From an uncultured Acidobacteriota bacterium (lineage in GTDB: Bacteria > Acidobacteriota > UBA6911), in contig CAWJKZ010000014.1 in NCBI GenBank assembly GCA_963843575.1, positions 576,001-640,000 of the forward strand: a DNA stretch of 64,000 nt, given 5' to 3'. Each line of letters starts with the position of its first letter. Position 1 is the stretch's first letter. The notes beneath the pieces were generated by a model. That model saw only the letters and a list, made by a program, of their open reading frames with translations. It ran no database searches and was not told the DNA's origin. Shown here piece by piece: positions 39,773-51,152 of this stretch. The position numbers were made by a program, and so were the translations under genes.

Positions 39773-40768
39773 ATGGCAAACAGTATCGGCAGTCCCCTTC
39801 TCGTGACCCTGTTCATCGTGGTTGTCCTTTTCCTGCTGTCGCTCGATCTCGGGGTTTTTCACAAGAGGGCACACGTGGTCGGAGTCCGCGAGGCCTTCCT
39901 CTGGAGTATCGCCTGGGTCGTGCTCTCGGTCTCATTCGGAGCGTGGGTGTATTGGCGCTTCGGGTCGAAGGCCGGCCTGGAATTCTATGCAGGGTACCTG
40001 ATCGAGTATGCCCTGAGCATGGACAACGTTTTCGTCTTTATCCTGATTTTTTCGTACTTTTCGGTGCCCCGCCTGTTGCACCACCGCGTCCTGTTCTGGG
40101 GAATACTCGGCGCTCTCGTCATGCGCGCCTCGTTTATCCTGGCGGGGGCGGCGCTCCTGCAGGCGTTCCATTGGGTGATCTACTTGTTCGGTGTGTTCCT
40201 GGTCTACACCGGGTTTAAGATCCTGCACCATGGCGACACGAAGGTAGAGCCGAGGAAGAATCCTGTGGTGCGGCTTTTCCAGAAACTTGTCCCGATCGAA
40301 TCAGGCTACCAGTCGGGCGGCTTTTTCGTCAAGCAGGCGGGGCGCTGGGCAGCCACCCCGCTTGCCCTGGTCCTCGTCACGGTCGAAACGACGGATCTCG
40401 TGTTTGCAGTCGACTCCATTCCCGCCATTTTCGCGGTCACCAACGACCCTTTCATAGTCTATACATCGAACATCTGCGCCATCCTCGGGCTGCGATCCAT
40501 GTATTTTCTGCTCGCGGCCGTCGTGGGCCGGTTTGCTTATCTTTCCACGGGATTGGGAGTTGTGCTGATGTATGTGGGCTGGAAGATGCTGCTTGCCGAC
40601 ATCTACCATATCCCGATCGCCGCCTCGCTGGCGGTTGTGGCGGTCGTCCTGGTCGGCTCGATCGTGCTGTCGGTCTGCTGGCCGCCGCGGAACCGGCCCG
40701 ATTCTTCAATTCCCGAAGACGGTTTGATAACATCGAATGCCCGGGATGATCATAAGGAGGAACCCTAG
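39773..40768 (+). CDS. TerC/Alx family metal homeostasis membrane protein
   Basis: YLIEYALSMDN, GILGALVMR, ETTDLVFAVDSIPA. Confidence 0.93.
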   Translation: MANSIGSPLLVTLFIVVVLFLLSLDLGVFHKRAHVVGVREAFLWSIAWVVLSVSFGAWVYWRFGSKAGLEFYAGYLIEYALSMDNVFVFILIFSYFSVPRLLHHRVLFWGILGALVMRASFILAGAALLQAFHWVIYLFGVFLVYTGFKILHHGDTKVEPRKNPVVRLFQKLVPIESGYQSGGFFVKQAGRWAATPLALVLVTVETTDLVFAVDSIPAIFAVTNDPFIVYTSNICAILGLRSMYFLLAAVVGRFAYLSTGLGVVLMYVGWKMLLADIYHIPIAASLAVVAVVLVGSIVLSVCWPPRNRPDSSIPEDGLITSNARDDHKEEP

Positions 40769-40989
40769 TGCCGCTCTACGAATACGAGTGCCGTAGCTGC
40801 AATGCGCGTTTTGAGAAGCTGGTGTATAACAACGGGACGCAAGTCGCGTGCCGCGAGTGCGGCGCGACGAATGTCGTGCAGTTGCTGTCCACCTTCGCGG
40901 TCGGAAGCTCGAGCGGCAAACTGCCGGCCGAGCCAGGGCCCTGCGGATCGTGCGGCGCAGCCCAGCGCGGGCTGTGCAACGTGAACTGA
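40768..40989 (+). CDS. FmdB family zinc-ribbon protein
   Basis: MPLYEYECRSC...CRECG. AGGAGG SD. Confidence 0.9.
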   Translation: MPLYEYECRSCNARFEKLVYNNGTQVACRECGATNVVQLLSTFAVGSSSGKLPAEPGPCGSCGAAQRGLCNVN

Positions 40990-41033
40990 TCGCGGGTCGA
41001 TTCCGGCGCGCTCTGGGACGCGAGCACTTTCGA

Positions 41034-41894
41034 ATGGAACCTATCTCGCAGTACTACCACTCTCACCGATTGAAACTGCATTTTTGGGATTGGGGAGGGG
41101 ACGGCAAGCCGAACCTCGTGCTCGTGCACGGCAGCCGGGACCACGCGCGCTCATGGGACAGGATCGCCGCGGACTTCTGCCTCGACTTCCGGGTCGTGGC
41201 CCCCGATCTGCGCGGTCACGGCGACAGCGACTGGGCGCCGGGGGCGATGTACAGCATCCCCGAGTATGTCCTGGATGTCTCGGCCCTGATCGACATCGTG
41301 GGGAATTTCCCCATTTACCTCATAGGCCACTCCCTGGGCGGCGCCATCGTCCTGCAGTATGCGGGAATCTATCCAGACCGCGTCCGCAGGCTGGTTTCCA
41401 TTGAAGGGTACGGCCCTCCCCCCGAAAAACTCGTACCCCGACCCGCCCACGAACGCTCGCGGCGCTGGATTGAAAACATGCGGGTCTACGAGACCCGTGA
41501 GCCGCACCACTACCCGAACCTCGCGGCCGCGGTCCAGCGCATGCGGGAGGCCAACGCCTACCTGACCGAGGACCTAGCCCGGCACCTTACCCTGTTCGGC
41601 TCCAACTGGAACCCGGACGGTTCTCTCACCTGGAAGTTCGACAACTACGTGCGCGCGTTCTCGCCTTACGGATTCAACATGCAGGACGCCGAGGAAATAT
41701 GGCGCCAGATCACCTGTCCGACGCTCCTGTTCAAGGGGGAAGACAGCCGGGCGATGGACCCCGAAGCAGACGCACGCATCAGCGCGATCCCGCGCCACCG
41801 CCTCGTGAACGTTGCCAAAGCGGGCCACTGGGTCCACCACGATCAACCGCAGGTCTTCCTGCGCGAAACCCGCGGATTTTTTCGCCGCGAATGA
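41034..41894 (+). CDS. Alpha/beta fold hydrolase
   Basis: LVHG, DLRGHGDS, GHSLGG, AGHWVHHDQP. Confidence 0.92.
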   Translation: MEPISQYYHSHRLKLHFWDWGGDGKPNLVLVHGSRDHARSWDRIAADFCLDFRVVAPDLRGHGDSDWAPGAMYSIPEYVLDVSALIDIVGNFPIYLIGHSLGGAIVLQYAGIYPDRVRRLVSIEGYGPPPEKLVPRPAHERSRRWIENMRVYETREPHHYPNLAAAVQRMREANAYLTEDLARHLTLFGSNWNPDGSLTWKFDNYVRAFSPYGFNMQDAEEIWRQITCPTLLFKGEDSRAMDPEADARISAIPRHRLVNVAKAGHWVHHDQPQVFLRETRGFFRRE

Positions 41895-42012
41895 CTGAAC
41901 ACTGATGTTGCAGCGCGCCCCTAAAAGGTGCTAGTTTCCGCGGATGTTTTCGATGATTAATACGGGCCGGCAGAGGAGGTCGCAGCCGGATCGACACTGA
42001 ACGGAGCTACGC

Positions 42013-43614
42013 ATGGCCAACGCACTGTTTGCCAAAAAACCCATGAGCCTGCTGCTGCACGAATCGCAGGAGTCCGGCGAACACACGCTGAAACGGACCC
42101 TGGGCCCCGTTTCGCTCACAGCACTCGGGGTCGGCGCGATCATCGGGGCGGGGATCTTCGTTCTCTCCGGGCTCGGGGCACACTATGCCGGGCCGGGGCT
42201 CATGATGTCGTTCGTCGTTTCGGGTCTCGGGTGCGCCTTCGCTGGCCTCTGCTACGCCGAGTTTGCGGCCATGATCCCGCTGGCGGGCAGCGCCTACACG
42301 TATGCTTACGCCACCTTGGGCGAGCTGTTCGCCTGGATCATCGGCTGGGATCTCACGCTCGAGTACGCCATGGGGGCGAGCACCGTCTCCTCCGGCTGGT
42401 CAAACCACTTCATCGAGTTCATGCGCATCTTCAAGATCGACATCCCGCTGTGGCTCGCCTATGACCACTGGACGGGATTGCGGGCGGCTCAGAACATGGT
42501 CGCGCGCGAAATGGCGAAGGCCGCCGATCCAAACCTCGTCGAAGGCACCAAGGAATTCATCGAGAAGGTGGCGGGAATCATCAGCGCCCGGTCGCCCGAA
42601 CTCGTGCAGCGGGCGCACGACATGGTGGGCGCCCCCCACCTGTTCGGATTCGAAGTCGGCTTCAACCTGCCCGCTTTCTGCATCGCTCTGCTGATCACGG
42701 CCGTCCTGGTCATCGGGATACGGGAGTCGGCCCGCTTCAACGCCACGATCGTCGTCATCAAGCTCGCGGTCGTCCTTTTCGTGATCGCGCTTGGGATGCG
42801 CTACGTCAACACGTCGAACTGGGGGAGCGACTGGTCGACCTTCGCCCCAATGGGCTTCTCGGGTATAGGAGCGGGCGCCGCGTATATCTTTTTTGCCTAT
42901 ATCGGTTTTGACGCCGTTTCAACCACCGCTCAGGAGGCAAAGAACCCGCAGCGCGATCTGCCCATCGGTATCATCACATCCCTGCTGGTCTGCACGGTGC
43001 TCTATATCCTGGTGGCGGCGGTGTTGACCGGCATGGTGCCCTGGAGAGAGGTTAATATCGAAGCCCCGATAGCGCGCGCCTTCATGGATCGCGGTTTGAC
43101 CGCCGCCTCTCACCTGATCACCGCGGGCGCACTGGCGGGCCTGACAAGCGTCATGCTGGTGATGTTGCTCGGCCAGACGCGTGTGCTCTATTCAATGGCC
43201 AACGACGGCCTGCTGCCGAAGAAATTCTTTGCCGCCATTCATCCGAGGTTCCGGACCCCATACAAGAACACGATCCTCGTAGGGCTGCTTGCCGCGGTTG
43301 TCGGGAGCTTGACCCCGATCGACGACATCGGCAAGATGGTGAACATAGGAACCCTTCTGGCATTTGTCATCGTATGCATCGCGGTCATGGTGCTGCGCCA
43401 CACAAACCCCGGCCAGGCCCGCCCTTTCCGGACCCCGCTCGTGCCGTGGGTGCCGGTACTGGGAATCGCCTTTAACGGCTATATGATGTACAAGCTGGGT
43501 TACGTCAACTGGCTCCGGCTGGTCGTCTGGCTGGCCATAGGACTCGTGATCTATTTCACTTACAGCCGCCACCACAGCAGGATAAGGGCGCTGCAGGCAG
43601 GCCGGAGGGATTGA
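42013..43614 (+). CDS. APC-family amino acid permease (CAT-like)
   Basis: GAIIGAGIF, CYAEFA, GSAYTY, FFAYIGFDAVST. Confidence 0.95.
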   Translation: MANALFAKKPMSLLLHESQESGEHTLKRTLGPVSLTALGVGAIIGAGIFVLSGLGAHYAGPGLMMSFVVSGLGCAFAGLCYAEFAAMIPLAGSAYTYAYATLGELFAWIIGWDLTLEYAMGASTVSSGWSNHFIEFMRIFKIDIPLWLAYDHWTGLRAAQNMVAREMAKAADPNLVEGTKEFIEKVAGIISARSPELVQRAHDMVGAPHLFGFEVGFNLPAFCIALLITAVLVIGIRESARFNATIVVIKLAVVLFVIALGMRYVNTSNWGSDWSTFAPMGFSGIGAGAAYIFFAYIGFDAVSTTAQEAKNPQRDLPIGIITSLLVCTVLYILVAAVLTGMVPWREVNIEAPIARAFMDRGLTAASHLITAGALAGLTSVMLVMLLGQTRVLYSMANDGLLPKKFFAAIHPRFRTPYKNTILVGLLAAVVGSLTPIDDIGKMVNIGTLLAFVIVCIAVMVLRHTNPGQARPFRTPLVPWVPVLGIAFNGYMMYKLGYVNWLRLVVWLAIGLVIYFTYSRHHSRIRALQAGRRD

Positions 43615-43692
43615 CCGCTCGTGACAGGAGCGCGTTCGGGATGGCGCCGAGGGTAAGGGGGCCCGGACGAGGTTGGCTGATCATCAGGGGCA

Positions 43693-44085
43693 TTATGGGC
43701 GCGCGGGAGACCCCGCGACGGTGGGATAGCCGAGTTCGCGCCAGGTTCGGATTCCACCGCCCATGGATCTGACGTTCGTGTATCCCATCTTCTGCAGCAT
43801 GTCGGCCGCGAGCGCCGATCGGAACCCACCACCGCAGTAAAGAACGATGTCGGCCTGTTTTGCCGGGATCACTCTTTCGATATCGCGTTCGATGATGCCG
43901 CGTCCCAGGTGGATTGCCCCCGCAGCATGCCCGTCGCTCCACTCGGAATCCTCGCGGACATCGACAAAGGCGAAATCCTCGTTGTGCTGCTGTCGCGCCC
44001 GCACTTCCCCGGCGCTGATTTCCTTGATCCGGGACTTCGCGTCGTCGACCACTCTCAGAAACCCCTCGCTGTGGATCATGCGCAT
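43693..44085 (-). CDS. Rhodanese-like sulfurtransferase
   Basis: DVREDSEW, YCGGGFRS, MGGGIRTW. Confidence 0.92.
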   Translation of the reverse strand: MRMIHSEGFLRVVDDAKSRIKEISAGEVRARQQHNEDFAFVDVREDSEWSDGHAAGAIHLGRGIIERDIERVIPAKQADIVLYCGGGFRSALAADMLQKMGYTNVRSMGGGIRTWRELGYPTVAGSPARP

Positions 44086-44191
44086 GCCTCCCGGACTGGT
44101 TTATACAGCAGGAACCGTCGGTTGAAAAGAGTGGAAACGGCAGGGCGCCGCCCGGACGCACCGCGGCTCACTGTGTTGACGGGAGGCACGG

Positions 44192-44779
44192 CTACGCGCT
44201 CTTGCGCAATTCGACCAACACCTGACGCGCCACGGCCTTCAGGGTGTCAAGCACGCCGGTGCCTTTGGTGGCCACCGCTTCGAAAACGGGTTCGCCTTTG
44301 ACCTGAAGTTCCTTGACCAGCGACTCTGCGGGGAGAGCGGTCGGCAGATCCCTTTTGTTCAGCTGGAGCGCATACGGCATCTTCTTCAGGTCGAAACCGT
44401 ATTCCTTCAGATTCTGGGTGAGGTTCGACATCGACTCGAGATTGGCGTCGAGCCGCTCCTCCTGCGAATCGGCGACGAACACGATTCCATCCACCCCTCG
44501 GAGGATCAGCTTCCTGCTCGCGTCGTAGAACACCTGTCCCGGGACCGTATACAGGTGAAATCGGGTACGAAACCCCCGTATCTGTCCGAGATCGATCGGC
44601 AGGAAATCAAAAAACAGGGTGCGTTCGGTCTCGGTCGCCAGCGAGATCATCTTCCCCCTGTTCTCGGGATCGGTGATCTGAAAGACGTGCTGCAGGTTGG
44701 TCGTTTTCCCGCCCAGACCGGGTCCGTAGTACACGATTTTGCAGTTGATCTCCCGTGCTACATAGTTGATGAAAGTCAA
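44192..44779 (-). CDS. mglA: MglA small Ras-like GTPase
   Basis: [35 protein letters not shown]. Confidence 0.95.
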   Translation of the reverse strand: MTFINYVAREINCKIVYYGPGLGGKTTNLQHVFQITDPENRGKMISLATETERTLFFDFLPIDLGQIRGFRTRFHLYTVPGQVFYDASRKLILRGVDGIVFVADSQEERLDANLESMSNLTQNLKEYGFDLKKMPYALQLNKRDLPTALPAESLVKELQVKGEPVFEAVATKGTGVLDTLKAVARQVLVELRKSA

Positions 44780-44781
44780 GG

Positions 44782-45315
44782 CTAGCCCTTTCGCTCAAGA
44801 GAGGATTTCGAGCCAAAGTGCCCGAAAAGATTGTCGATCTCCTCGTCGGTAAACTGGGGGGGTGCCGGACCGGTCGAGGTGGGACTGGATCCGGGATTGG
44901 CTTCATGCCTGCGCGACAGCGCCCTGAAGAGGTCATCGAGCGCCGCGGTCGCACGCTTGACTTTCCACCGTACCATCCCCAGGGAAACCGCATCGTCGAA
45001 CACAAGCACGAGCGAAAACCGCCGCGCGACGTCCGAGATGTGGATGTTGCGGTTTTTACCCTGGTGGTAAATTATTGAGAAATCGGCCTCTCCGACCACC
45101 TGCGCCAGCCCGTCGGTCGCTGCGATATTGGCGGCCGCAAGGGAGGACAGCGCCGTCAGATCGATGTCGTGTGCCGGTCCTTCCCAGGCGATCTGGTGTC
45201 CTCCTCGATCGATCAGAAGGACCATGTCCGCCCGGAGATCCCGCTGCGTTCTGACCAGTATGGCTCGCAAGCGGGAGTTCTCGGCTTCGTGCAGGACGAT
45301 ATTGCTCAGACTCAT
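44782..45315 (-). CDS. mglB: MglB roadblock/LC7 protein (GAP)
   Basis: [26 protein letters not shown]-terminal [10 protein letters not shown] helix. Directly upstream of mglA. Confidence 0.92.
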   Translation of the reverse strand: MSLSNIVLHEAENSRLRAILVRTQRDLRADMVLLIDRGGHQIAWEGPAHDIDLTALSSLAAANIAATDGLAQVVGEADFSIIYHQGKNRNIHISDVARRFSLVLVFDDAVSLGMVRWKVKRATAALDDLFRALSRRHEANPGSSPTSTGPAPPQFTDEEIDNLFGHFGSKSSLERKG

Positions 45316-45413
45316 CCACCTCGTCAGGAATGCGGCAATGTATGCCAGGGTCGGGCGGGAACTCGGGTGCCCGAATCACCCGGAAATCACATGTTGCGCA
45401 TCGGACGTTGCGC

Positions 45414-45443
45414 TTGACTTATCGACGGATTTTTCTTAATAAT
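45414..45443 (+). promoter_or_regulatory. Putative sigma70 promoter for TPR gene-glmU
   Basis: TTGACT-18 nt-AATAAT in the AT-rich divergent spacer. Confidence 0.45.
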
Positions 45444-45515
45444 AACTGACAAATTTGCGTATGAGCTCCTTAAGCCGCGCAATTTGCTGAAAAAACATGA
45501 TTTAGGGGCGATCGA

Positions 45516-46319
45516 ATGGCACGGGCCGCGGCTCACAACAAGCCAACGGGCAGCAAGACGGAAAAACCGGCCACATCGAAGGCGAAGGCGGCACACGGAA
45601 GCAGCTCGGGATCGACGAAGTCGTCCGTCCTCAATGACTCGGCTGGCAAGACCGCGAAAAGGCCGATGAGGACCGAGAAGAAGCCCCACAAGGAAGGGAA
45701 ACGGCGCGCGGCCGAACAACAGGCTTCGGGCTCAGGCGAAACCCGGAAGCGGGCGGAATTTGGGCTTCCGACCCCGCCGCCCGACCGCCCGCCTCCTGTG
45801 CTGGGCGACTCGAGGAACACGACGGCCGCGCTGGCCTTGCTGGAAAAGGGAATCAAATTTATTTATCAGAAGGACTTCAAGAAAGCCCGCCACGAGCTGA
45901 AGTCCCTCTTGGACAGTTACCCCGAAGAACCGGAGATCCTCTCGCGCGCCCGGACCTACCTGCACATATGCGATCGTGAGGAGGCTGGGCACCGGAAGCC
46001 GACGGTCAGTTCGGATCAGCTGTACGCCCTCGGGGTACTCGATCACAATCGCGGGAACTACGACGGCGCGATTGCGCTGTTTCGCCAGTCGCTGGTTAAC
46101 CACCCGGACGCGGACTACGTGTTTTACTCCCTGGCCGCGTCCCTGGCCATGAAGGGTGAAACCGCCGAGGCCATCCAGAACCTCAAGCGCGCAATCGAGT
46201 TGAACGAAGACAACCGCGTCTATGCCAAGAACGACTCGGATTTCGCGGCATTGCACATCACCAGGGACTTCATGAGCTTGGTAGGCACCATCTCGTCCGC
46301 GTCGAACAGCGGGTACTGA
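45516..46319 (+). CDS. TPR-repeat protein with a long basic disordered N-terminus
   Basis: TPR-like helices (LYALGVLDHNRGNYDGAI, YSLAASLAMKGE..EAIQNLKRAIEL). K/S/A-rich N-terminus. Confidence 0.85.
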   Translation: MARAAAHNKPTGSKTEKPATSKAKAAHGSSSGSTKSSVLNDSAGKTAKRPMRTEKKPHKEGKRRAAEQQASGSGETRKRAEFGLPTPPPDRPPPVLGDSRNTTAALALLEKGIKFIYQKDFKKARHELKSLLDSYPEEPEILSRARTYLHICDREEAGHRKPTVSSDQLYALGVLDHNRGNYDGAIALFRQSLVNHPDADYVFYSLAASLAMKGETAEAIQNLKRAIELNEDNRVYAKNDSDFAALHITRDFMSLVGTISSASNSGY

Positions 46320-46382
46320 TTCGGGTGCCGTATAAGCCGCACCGGTGCTGCCCCGTACACAATCGTCCGCTCTCCAACAACT

Positions 46383-47780
46383 ATGGATAATCTGTCCGCA
46401 CTCATCCTGGCCGCCGGCAAAGGCACCAGGATGGTGAGCCGCCACGCCAAGGTGCTACACACTGTGTGTGGAGTGCCAATGATTGTAATGATTTACCGGG
46501 CCACGGCGCGCCTGAACCCCAACGAAATCATGGTCGTCATCGGCCAGGACGCCGAGCGCGTGCGCGGCTCCCTGGCAGGGTATCCCGCCACCTTCATCAT
46601 TCAGGAACAGCAGCTCGGGACCGGTCATGCCGTGATGGTCGCACGCGAGCGTCTGCAGGGCCGGAGCGGCGATCTCCTGGTCATGTTCGGCGACACGCCC
46701 CGGATCCGAACCGAGACTCTGGACAAGCTGGTTCGACACCATCAGGATTCTGGTGCGGCGGCGACGCTCCTGACCGTAAGAGTCCCGGAGCCCTTCGGCT
46801 ACGGCCGCATTCTCCGGGGAGACGGCGGCTGCATCGAAGCCATCGTTGAAGAGAAGGACGCCACCCCGGAGCAGCGACTGATACACGAGATCAATCCCGG
46901 TTTTTACTGCTTTCGGGTCCCTCCGCTGCTTGAGGCTCTCGAGAGGCTCTCCAACGACAACGCCCAGCGGGAATACTACGTCACCGACCTGATCGGGATA
47001 CAGCGGCGGGCAGGACTCCGCGTCGATGCCATCCTGCACGAAGACCACGAGGAACTCCGTGGCATCAACACGCGCGGCGAGCTGGCGCAGCTTTCGAACT
47101 TGCTGATGCGGCAGAAGAACGAGGAACTGATGACCGCGGGCGTCACCCTCGTCGACCCGGACTGCACCTACGTCGATCTGGACGTGATCGTGGAAAAGGA
47201 TGTGATCCTGCATCCGATGGTCGTCCTCGAGGGGAGAACCCGGATCGGCGCAGGCACGACCGTACGCACCAACTCCCGCATCTCCAATTCCGTGATCGGG
47301 GAGGAGGTGCAGGTGCTGGACTCCTGTGTGATCTCGGACTCGGAGGTGGCCCACGGGAGCACGGTCGGGCCGGCCGCGCACCTCCACGACGGCGCGCTCA
47401 TAGGGGAGCAATGCCGCATCGGCAACTACGTGGAGATCAAGAACAGCACCATCGGCAGCAGGACGACGGCGGCTCACTTGAGCTATATCGGCGATGCCAC
47501 CATCGGTGAGGACGTGAACTTCGGAGCGGGCGCGATAACCTGCAATTATGACGGCGTTCGGAAAAATGCTACCATTGTCGAAGATCACGTCTTCATCGGC
47601 ACAGATTCCCAACTGGTCGCACCCGTGCGGATAGGACGTGGCGCCTTTGTAGCCGCGGGCAGCTGTGTCACCGAGGACGTTCCCCCCGGTGCGCTCGGCA
47701 TAGCCCGGGCAAGGCAGGTTAACAAAGCGGACTGGGTGCGGCGGCGCAATGAACGATCCAAGCATGATAAACTGCCGTAA
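46383..47780 (+). CDS. glmU: Bifunctional UDP-GlcNAc pyrophosphorylase / glucosamine-1-P acetyltransferase
   Basis: LAAGKGTRM, QLGTGHA, EYYVTD, hexapeptide repeats, HLSYIGD, CNYDG. Confidence 0.96.
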   Translation: MDNLSALILAAGKGTRMVSRHAKVLHTVCGVPMIVMIYRATARLNPNEIMVVIGQDAERVRGSLAGYPATFIIQEQQLGTGHAVMVARERLQGRSGDLLVMFGDTPRIRTETLDKLVRHHQDSGAAATLLTVRVPEPFGYGRILRGDGGCIEAIVEEKDATPEQRLIHEINPGFYCFRVPPLLEALERLSNDNAQREYYVTDLIGIQRRAGLRVDAILHEDHEELRGINTRGELAQLSNLLMRQKNEELMTAGVTLVDPDCTYVDLDVIVEKDVILHPMVVLEGRTRIGAGTTVRTNSRISNSVIGEEVQVLDSCVISDSEVAHGSTVGPAAHLHDGALIGEQCRIGNYVEIKNSTIGSRTTAAHLSYIGDATIGEDVNFGAGAITCNYDGVRKNATIVEDHVFIGTDSQLVAPVRIGRGAFVAAGSCVTEDVPPGALGIARARQVNKADWVRRRNERSKHDKLP

Positions 47781-48219
47781 CTGCATCAACTGGACCGACG
47801 AAAGTCTCGCCCGCATCGAAGCAGAACCCGATCCCGCCAAACACGTCTTCATGGGCTGCCGGCTGTTCGGCTACGTCGAAAACAACGCCTCGCTTGCCGA
47901 GTGCGCCCACTACGCTCAAAGCGAGAATCTATTCACGATCTGCGGAGCCTGCGGGATCACGGTGCCGAAGGCGTGTGTATCTCTCGGAGAGTGCGTCAAC
48001 TGTACCGACACGGACCTGTTCTGCATCGACCACTGCATCGGGGGCGAGAGCCGGAAATACTGCACCCACTTCGTGAGGCTCTATACGGAGGGCTTGCACC
48101 TCATCGCCGAAGGGCAGGCTTTTGAACTCTTCCCCACGATAGGGTTGCCCGGCCAGGAGAAGGACCAGCCTGTCGCACATCCGGACGACCGCGGTCAGAC
48201 TGACCAGGGCGAGCAGTAG
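47764..48219 (+). CDS. Cysteine-rich hypothetical protein (12 Cys)
   Basis: ORF overlapping the glmU end with GC3-rich codons. Three CxxC motifs plus CxxxC. Confidence 0.75.
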   Translation: MINCRNCINWTDESLARIEAEPDPAKHVFMGCRLFGYVENNASLAECAHYAQSENLFTICGACGITVPKACVSLGECVNCTDTDLFCIDHCIGGESRKYCTHFVRLYTEGLHLIAEGQAFELFPTIGLPGQEKDQPVAHPDDRGQTDQGEQ

Positions 48220-48245
48220 GGATTGCCGCAGGCTTGCCCTGGGCT

Positions 48246-51152
48246 TCAGAACGAGTAGCGCAGCGCGACCTCGATCTCCCGGGCGCGGTGGGCCCCGAAA
48301 ATCTTGCCGAAGACGGAGGTGCCGTAAACCGCGTTCGGGGTTTCGAAGTTCACCTGGTTGAGGGCGTTGAACAACTCGACCCGCAACTCGACGAGATTCC
48401 CATCCGAGAAGCGGGTTTGCTTGATGACGCTGAGGTCCCAATTGACGTATGGGGGGCCCACCAGGATGTTGCGGCCCGAATTCCCATAGCTGTACGGGAG
48501 GGGCGCGGCAAAGTCTCCAGCGGAAAACCAGGCGTCGACACCCCGATCAGACGCAGCAAGGACGGCGGGGCCCAACCGGTCGGGACGGTCGTCCGACACG
48601 CCGTCGTTGTTGGGGTCTCCGCTGGATGTGACCGAGAAGCGGCTCCCCCCCTGGGCAGCGAGTGATCCCCGAGAGACGCCATCCGCTGGCGAGCTCACGC
48701 AACACCGGCCCGAGATTCCGCCCGTAAACGACCGGTCTTGCCGAACGGCAGGTCGATGATGTAGTTCAGGTAGAGCTGCCGCGCGGGCGGGTAGTCCGAC
48801 TGCGCACGCTCGGCCGCGAGGTTGCGCGGGTTCGACGGGTTCCCGTAGAAAGTGTCCCCGAGCGAAACCTGCCAGTCGAATCCTGACTTGAGGGACATGC
48901 CGTTCGAGAGCCTCCGCTCGAGCGCGAGATCGAGGCTCTGCCGGGTAAAGGCACCGCTTCCGGTAAGGATGTTGAAGCGGCCGAAATCCGGGTTCGGCCG
49001 TCTCGGCTGGACCGCCCCGGGACCGGGTAGCGGCACATTTGCGGCTATGGCTCGCGCCATGTGGACGCCCTTGCTCCCCTGGTACCACATTTCGAGTTTC
49101 CACTGCCGGAAGATCTCGTTCTGCAAACCCAGCTGCCAGTAGTGGATGTATGCCGTGCGCAGCGTGGGCTCGATCCCACGGACCGAGAGCTCGGCCGGCA
49201 CGGTGGTGGCGAAGGGATTGCCAAGGTCCAGTGAAGCCTGGTCAACGGGGGACAGTGCAGTCTGCACGTAGTAGAAAGGAAAGTTCCGCCCCAGGTAGGA
49301 AACGAAACTGTCGCGGCCGAGCGGGCTGTAGGCGAGGGAGTACGACGTGCGCAGCACGAGGCGGTTGCTGCCCGTAGGACGATAGGCGACTCCGAAGCTG
49401 GGGGCCAGGTCGTTACGATCCGGCAGAACAAGTCCCCCCTTCCCCGCCCCGCCTAGACCAAGGTGTTTCGCGTTTTCGCTTCCGGCGATCACGATCTCGC
49501 CGTCCTGGGGCGGATCGAACAGGAGCGGGATGAATCCCGAGACGTTGTTGCGCAGCGAACGAAATGGGGGGAAATAGCTGTACGTCAGTCCATACGAGAG
49601 GGACAGCCTCGGGCCGACTTTCCACTCGTCGCGCGCATACGCAGACCAGGTTCTGCGTCGCAGGTCGGACCGGTCCGAACCTATCCCGCGGCTCGCCGTG
49701 TCTGGAAGGCCGAGCAGGAAATCGGCGAAAGCGTCTCCGGTGTAATAGCCGTTGAACGAAAACCGCCCCCGGCGCAAGCCATCGGAACGGTTGTTGTTGG
49801 CCTGGATGGCGCTGACACCCAACCCGACCCGGATGGAATGGTTCGAGGGGGTGTAGGAGATTGCGCCCTCGTACTCAAACCTGTTGAGCGTCGCGGTCGA
49901 CCGGCAACCCGGAATCCCCGAATGACGAGTAGCCGGACAAGCGGAAATCGGGAAAGCCCTCCTCGTCGGGATCCTCCACCGACAGGCCCGGGATCCCCAC
50001 CGATGCAAGGAGCCCGGTCCGCCCCGCGTTCACGGAGGAGAGAAAGGTCGTGCTGCGCGCAAACCCGATCCGTCCGGTCGCAATCAGGCGGTTGGTGATC
50101 TTCTGCGTGTGCGACAAGCTCGCGTCCTGGTCGCTCGATTCGCGGCTGGAGCCGAAGGACGGTAGCGGGTGCACGAAGACGTCGTTGCCCCGTGTGAGCC
50201 AGTAGCGGACGACGTAGTTCGATCCGCCCGACAGCTGGTGATCCAACCTGACCGACCACGTGTTCCGGTTGCGCACGACCGGCTTGCTGTTGACGTAATT
50301 GCGGTCCGGATCCTCGCGGTTTGGATCCGGAAGCAGCGAGAGCAGCCCGCGGGAGACCGGGTGGATTCTCGATTCGGGGATACGATTCGCATCGAATGGA
50401 GTCGCCGTGACCGGATCGATCAGCGGTTGGGACAGACCGCCGAAGTCCCCCCGTTTCATCGCGGAGGTCGGAATGTGAGACAGCAGGGTGGATCCCTGGA
50501 CGATTCGCAGGCCCTCGAAAGTCCCGAGCACGTTGACGCTCTTCGTCACCGCGGCCGCCAGGGTAGCCCCAAACTGGTTCCGTTTGTATTCGGGCAGAGG
50601 CTCTCCGAGGGGGTCGAAGAAATTACGCGCATCGAAATTGTCGTTGCGGTGGAAGTGGTAGAGGGATCCGTGTAACCTTCCCCCTTTCTGAGCGGGAAAG
50701 GGGTTCACGATCTCCGCCGACGCCCTGACTTGCCGCGCGTCGGTCTCGCCGCCATCCCGCTCGACCTCGTAGTCACGGATTCCGGCCAGCGAGGGGTCGT
50801 TCTCCGGATCGCCCGGGGGCTCCATGCTGATGCGGGTCTCGAGGGCAACGAGACGGTTGTTCTCCGCCTGTAGCACCAGTTCCCTTTCCTCGGTCGCCTC
50901 CACCCTGATGAGGATCTCGTCGGAACCCGTGGCCAGGGAAATGGCGTAGACTCCGGCGGCGACTTCCTGCAGGAACGAGCCTTGCTCGTCGGTGCGCGGC
51001 GCGTAGCCGGCACCCGGGACGTTCCCGACGACCGAGAGAACGAGCGAGACTATGGGATTTCCCTGCCCGTCGACGACCTTTCCCTTCAGGACGGCCGCAT
51101 GCGCCTGGCCGACCAGGCACCACAATAGCGGGATCAGGAAGGTCCTTTTCAT
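48246..51152 (-). CDS. Oar-like TonB-dependent receptor with three apparent +1 frameshifts
   Basis: Signal peptide MKRTFLIPLLW, carboxypeptidase-regulatory-like domain, HRNDNFDARNFF, DRNDLAPSFG, terminal ALRYSF. Frame breaks at about 49902, 48727 and 48655. Confidence 0.85.
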
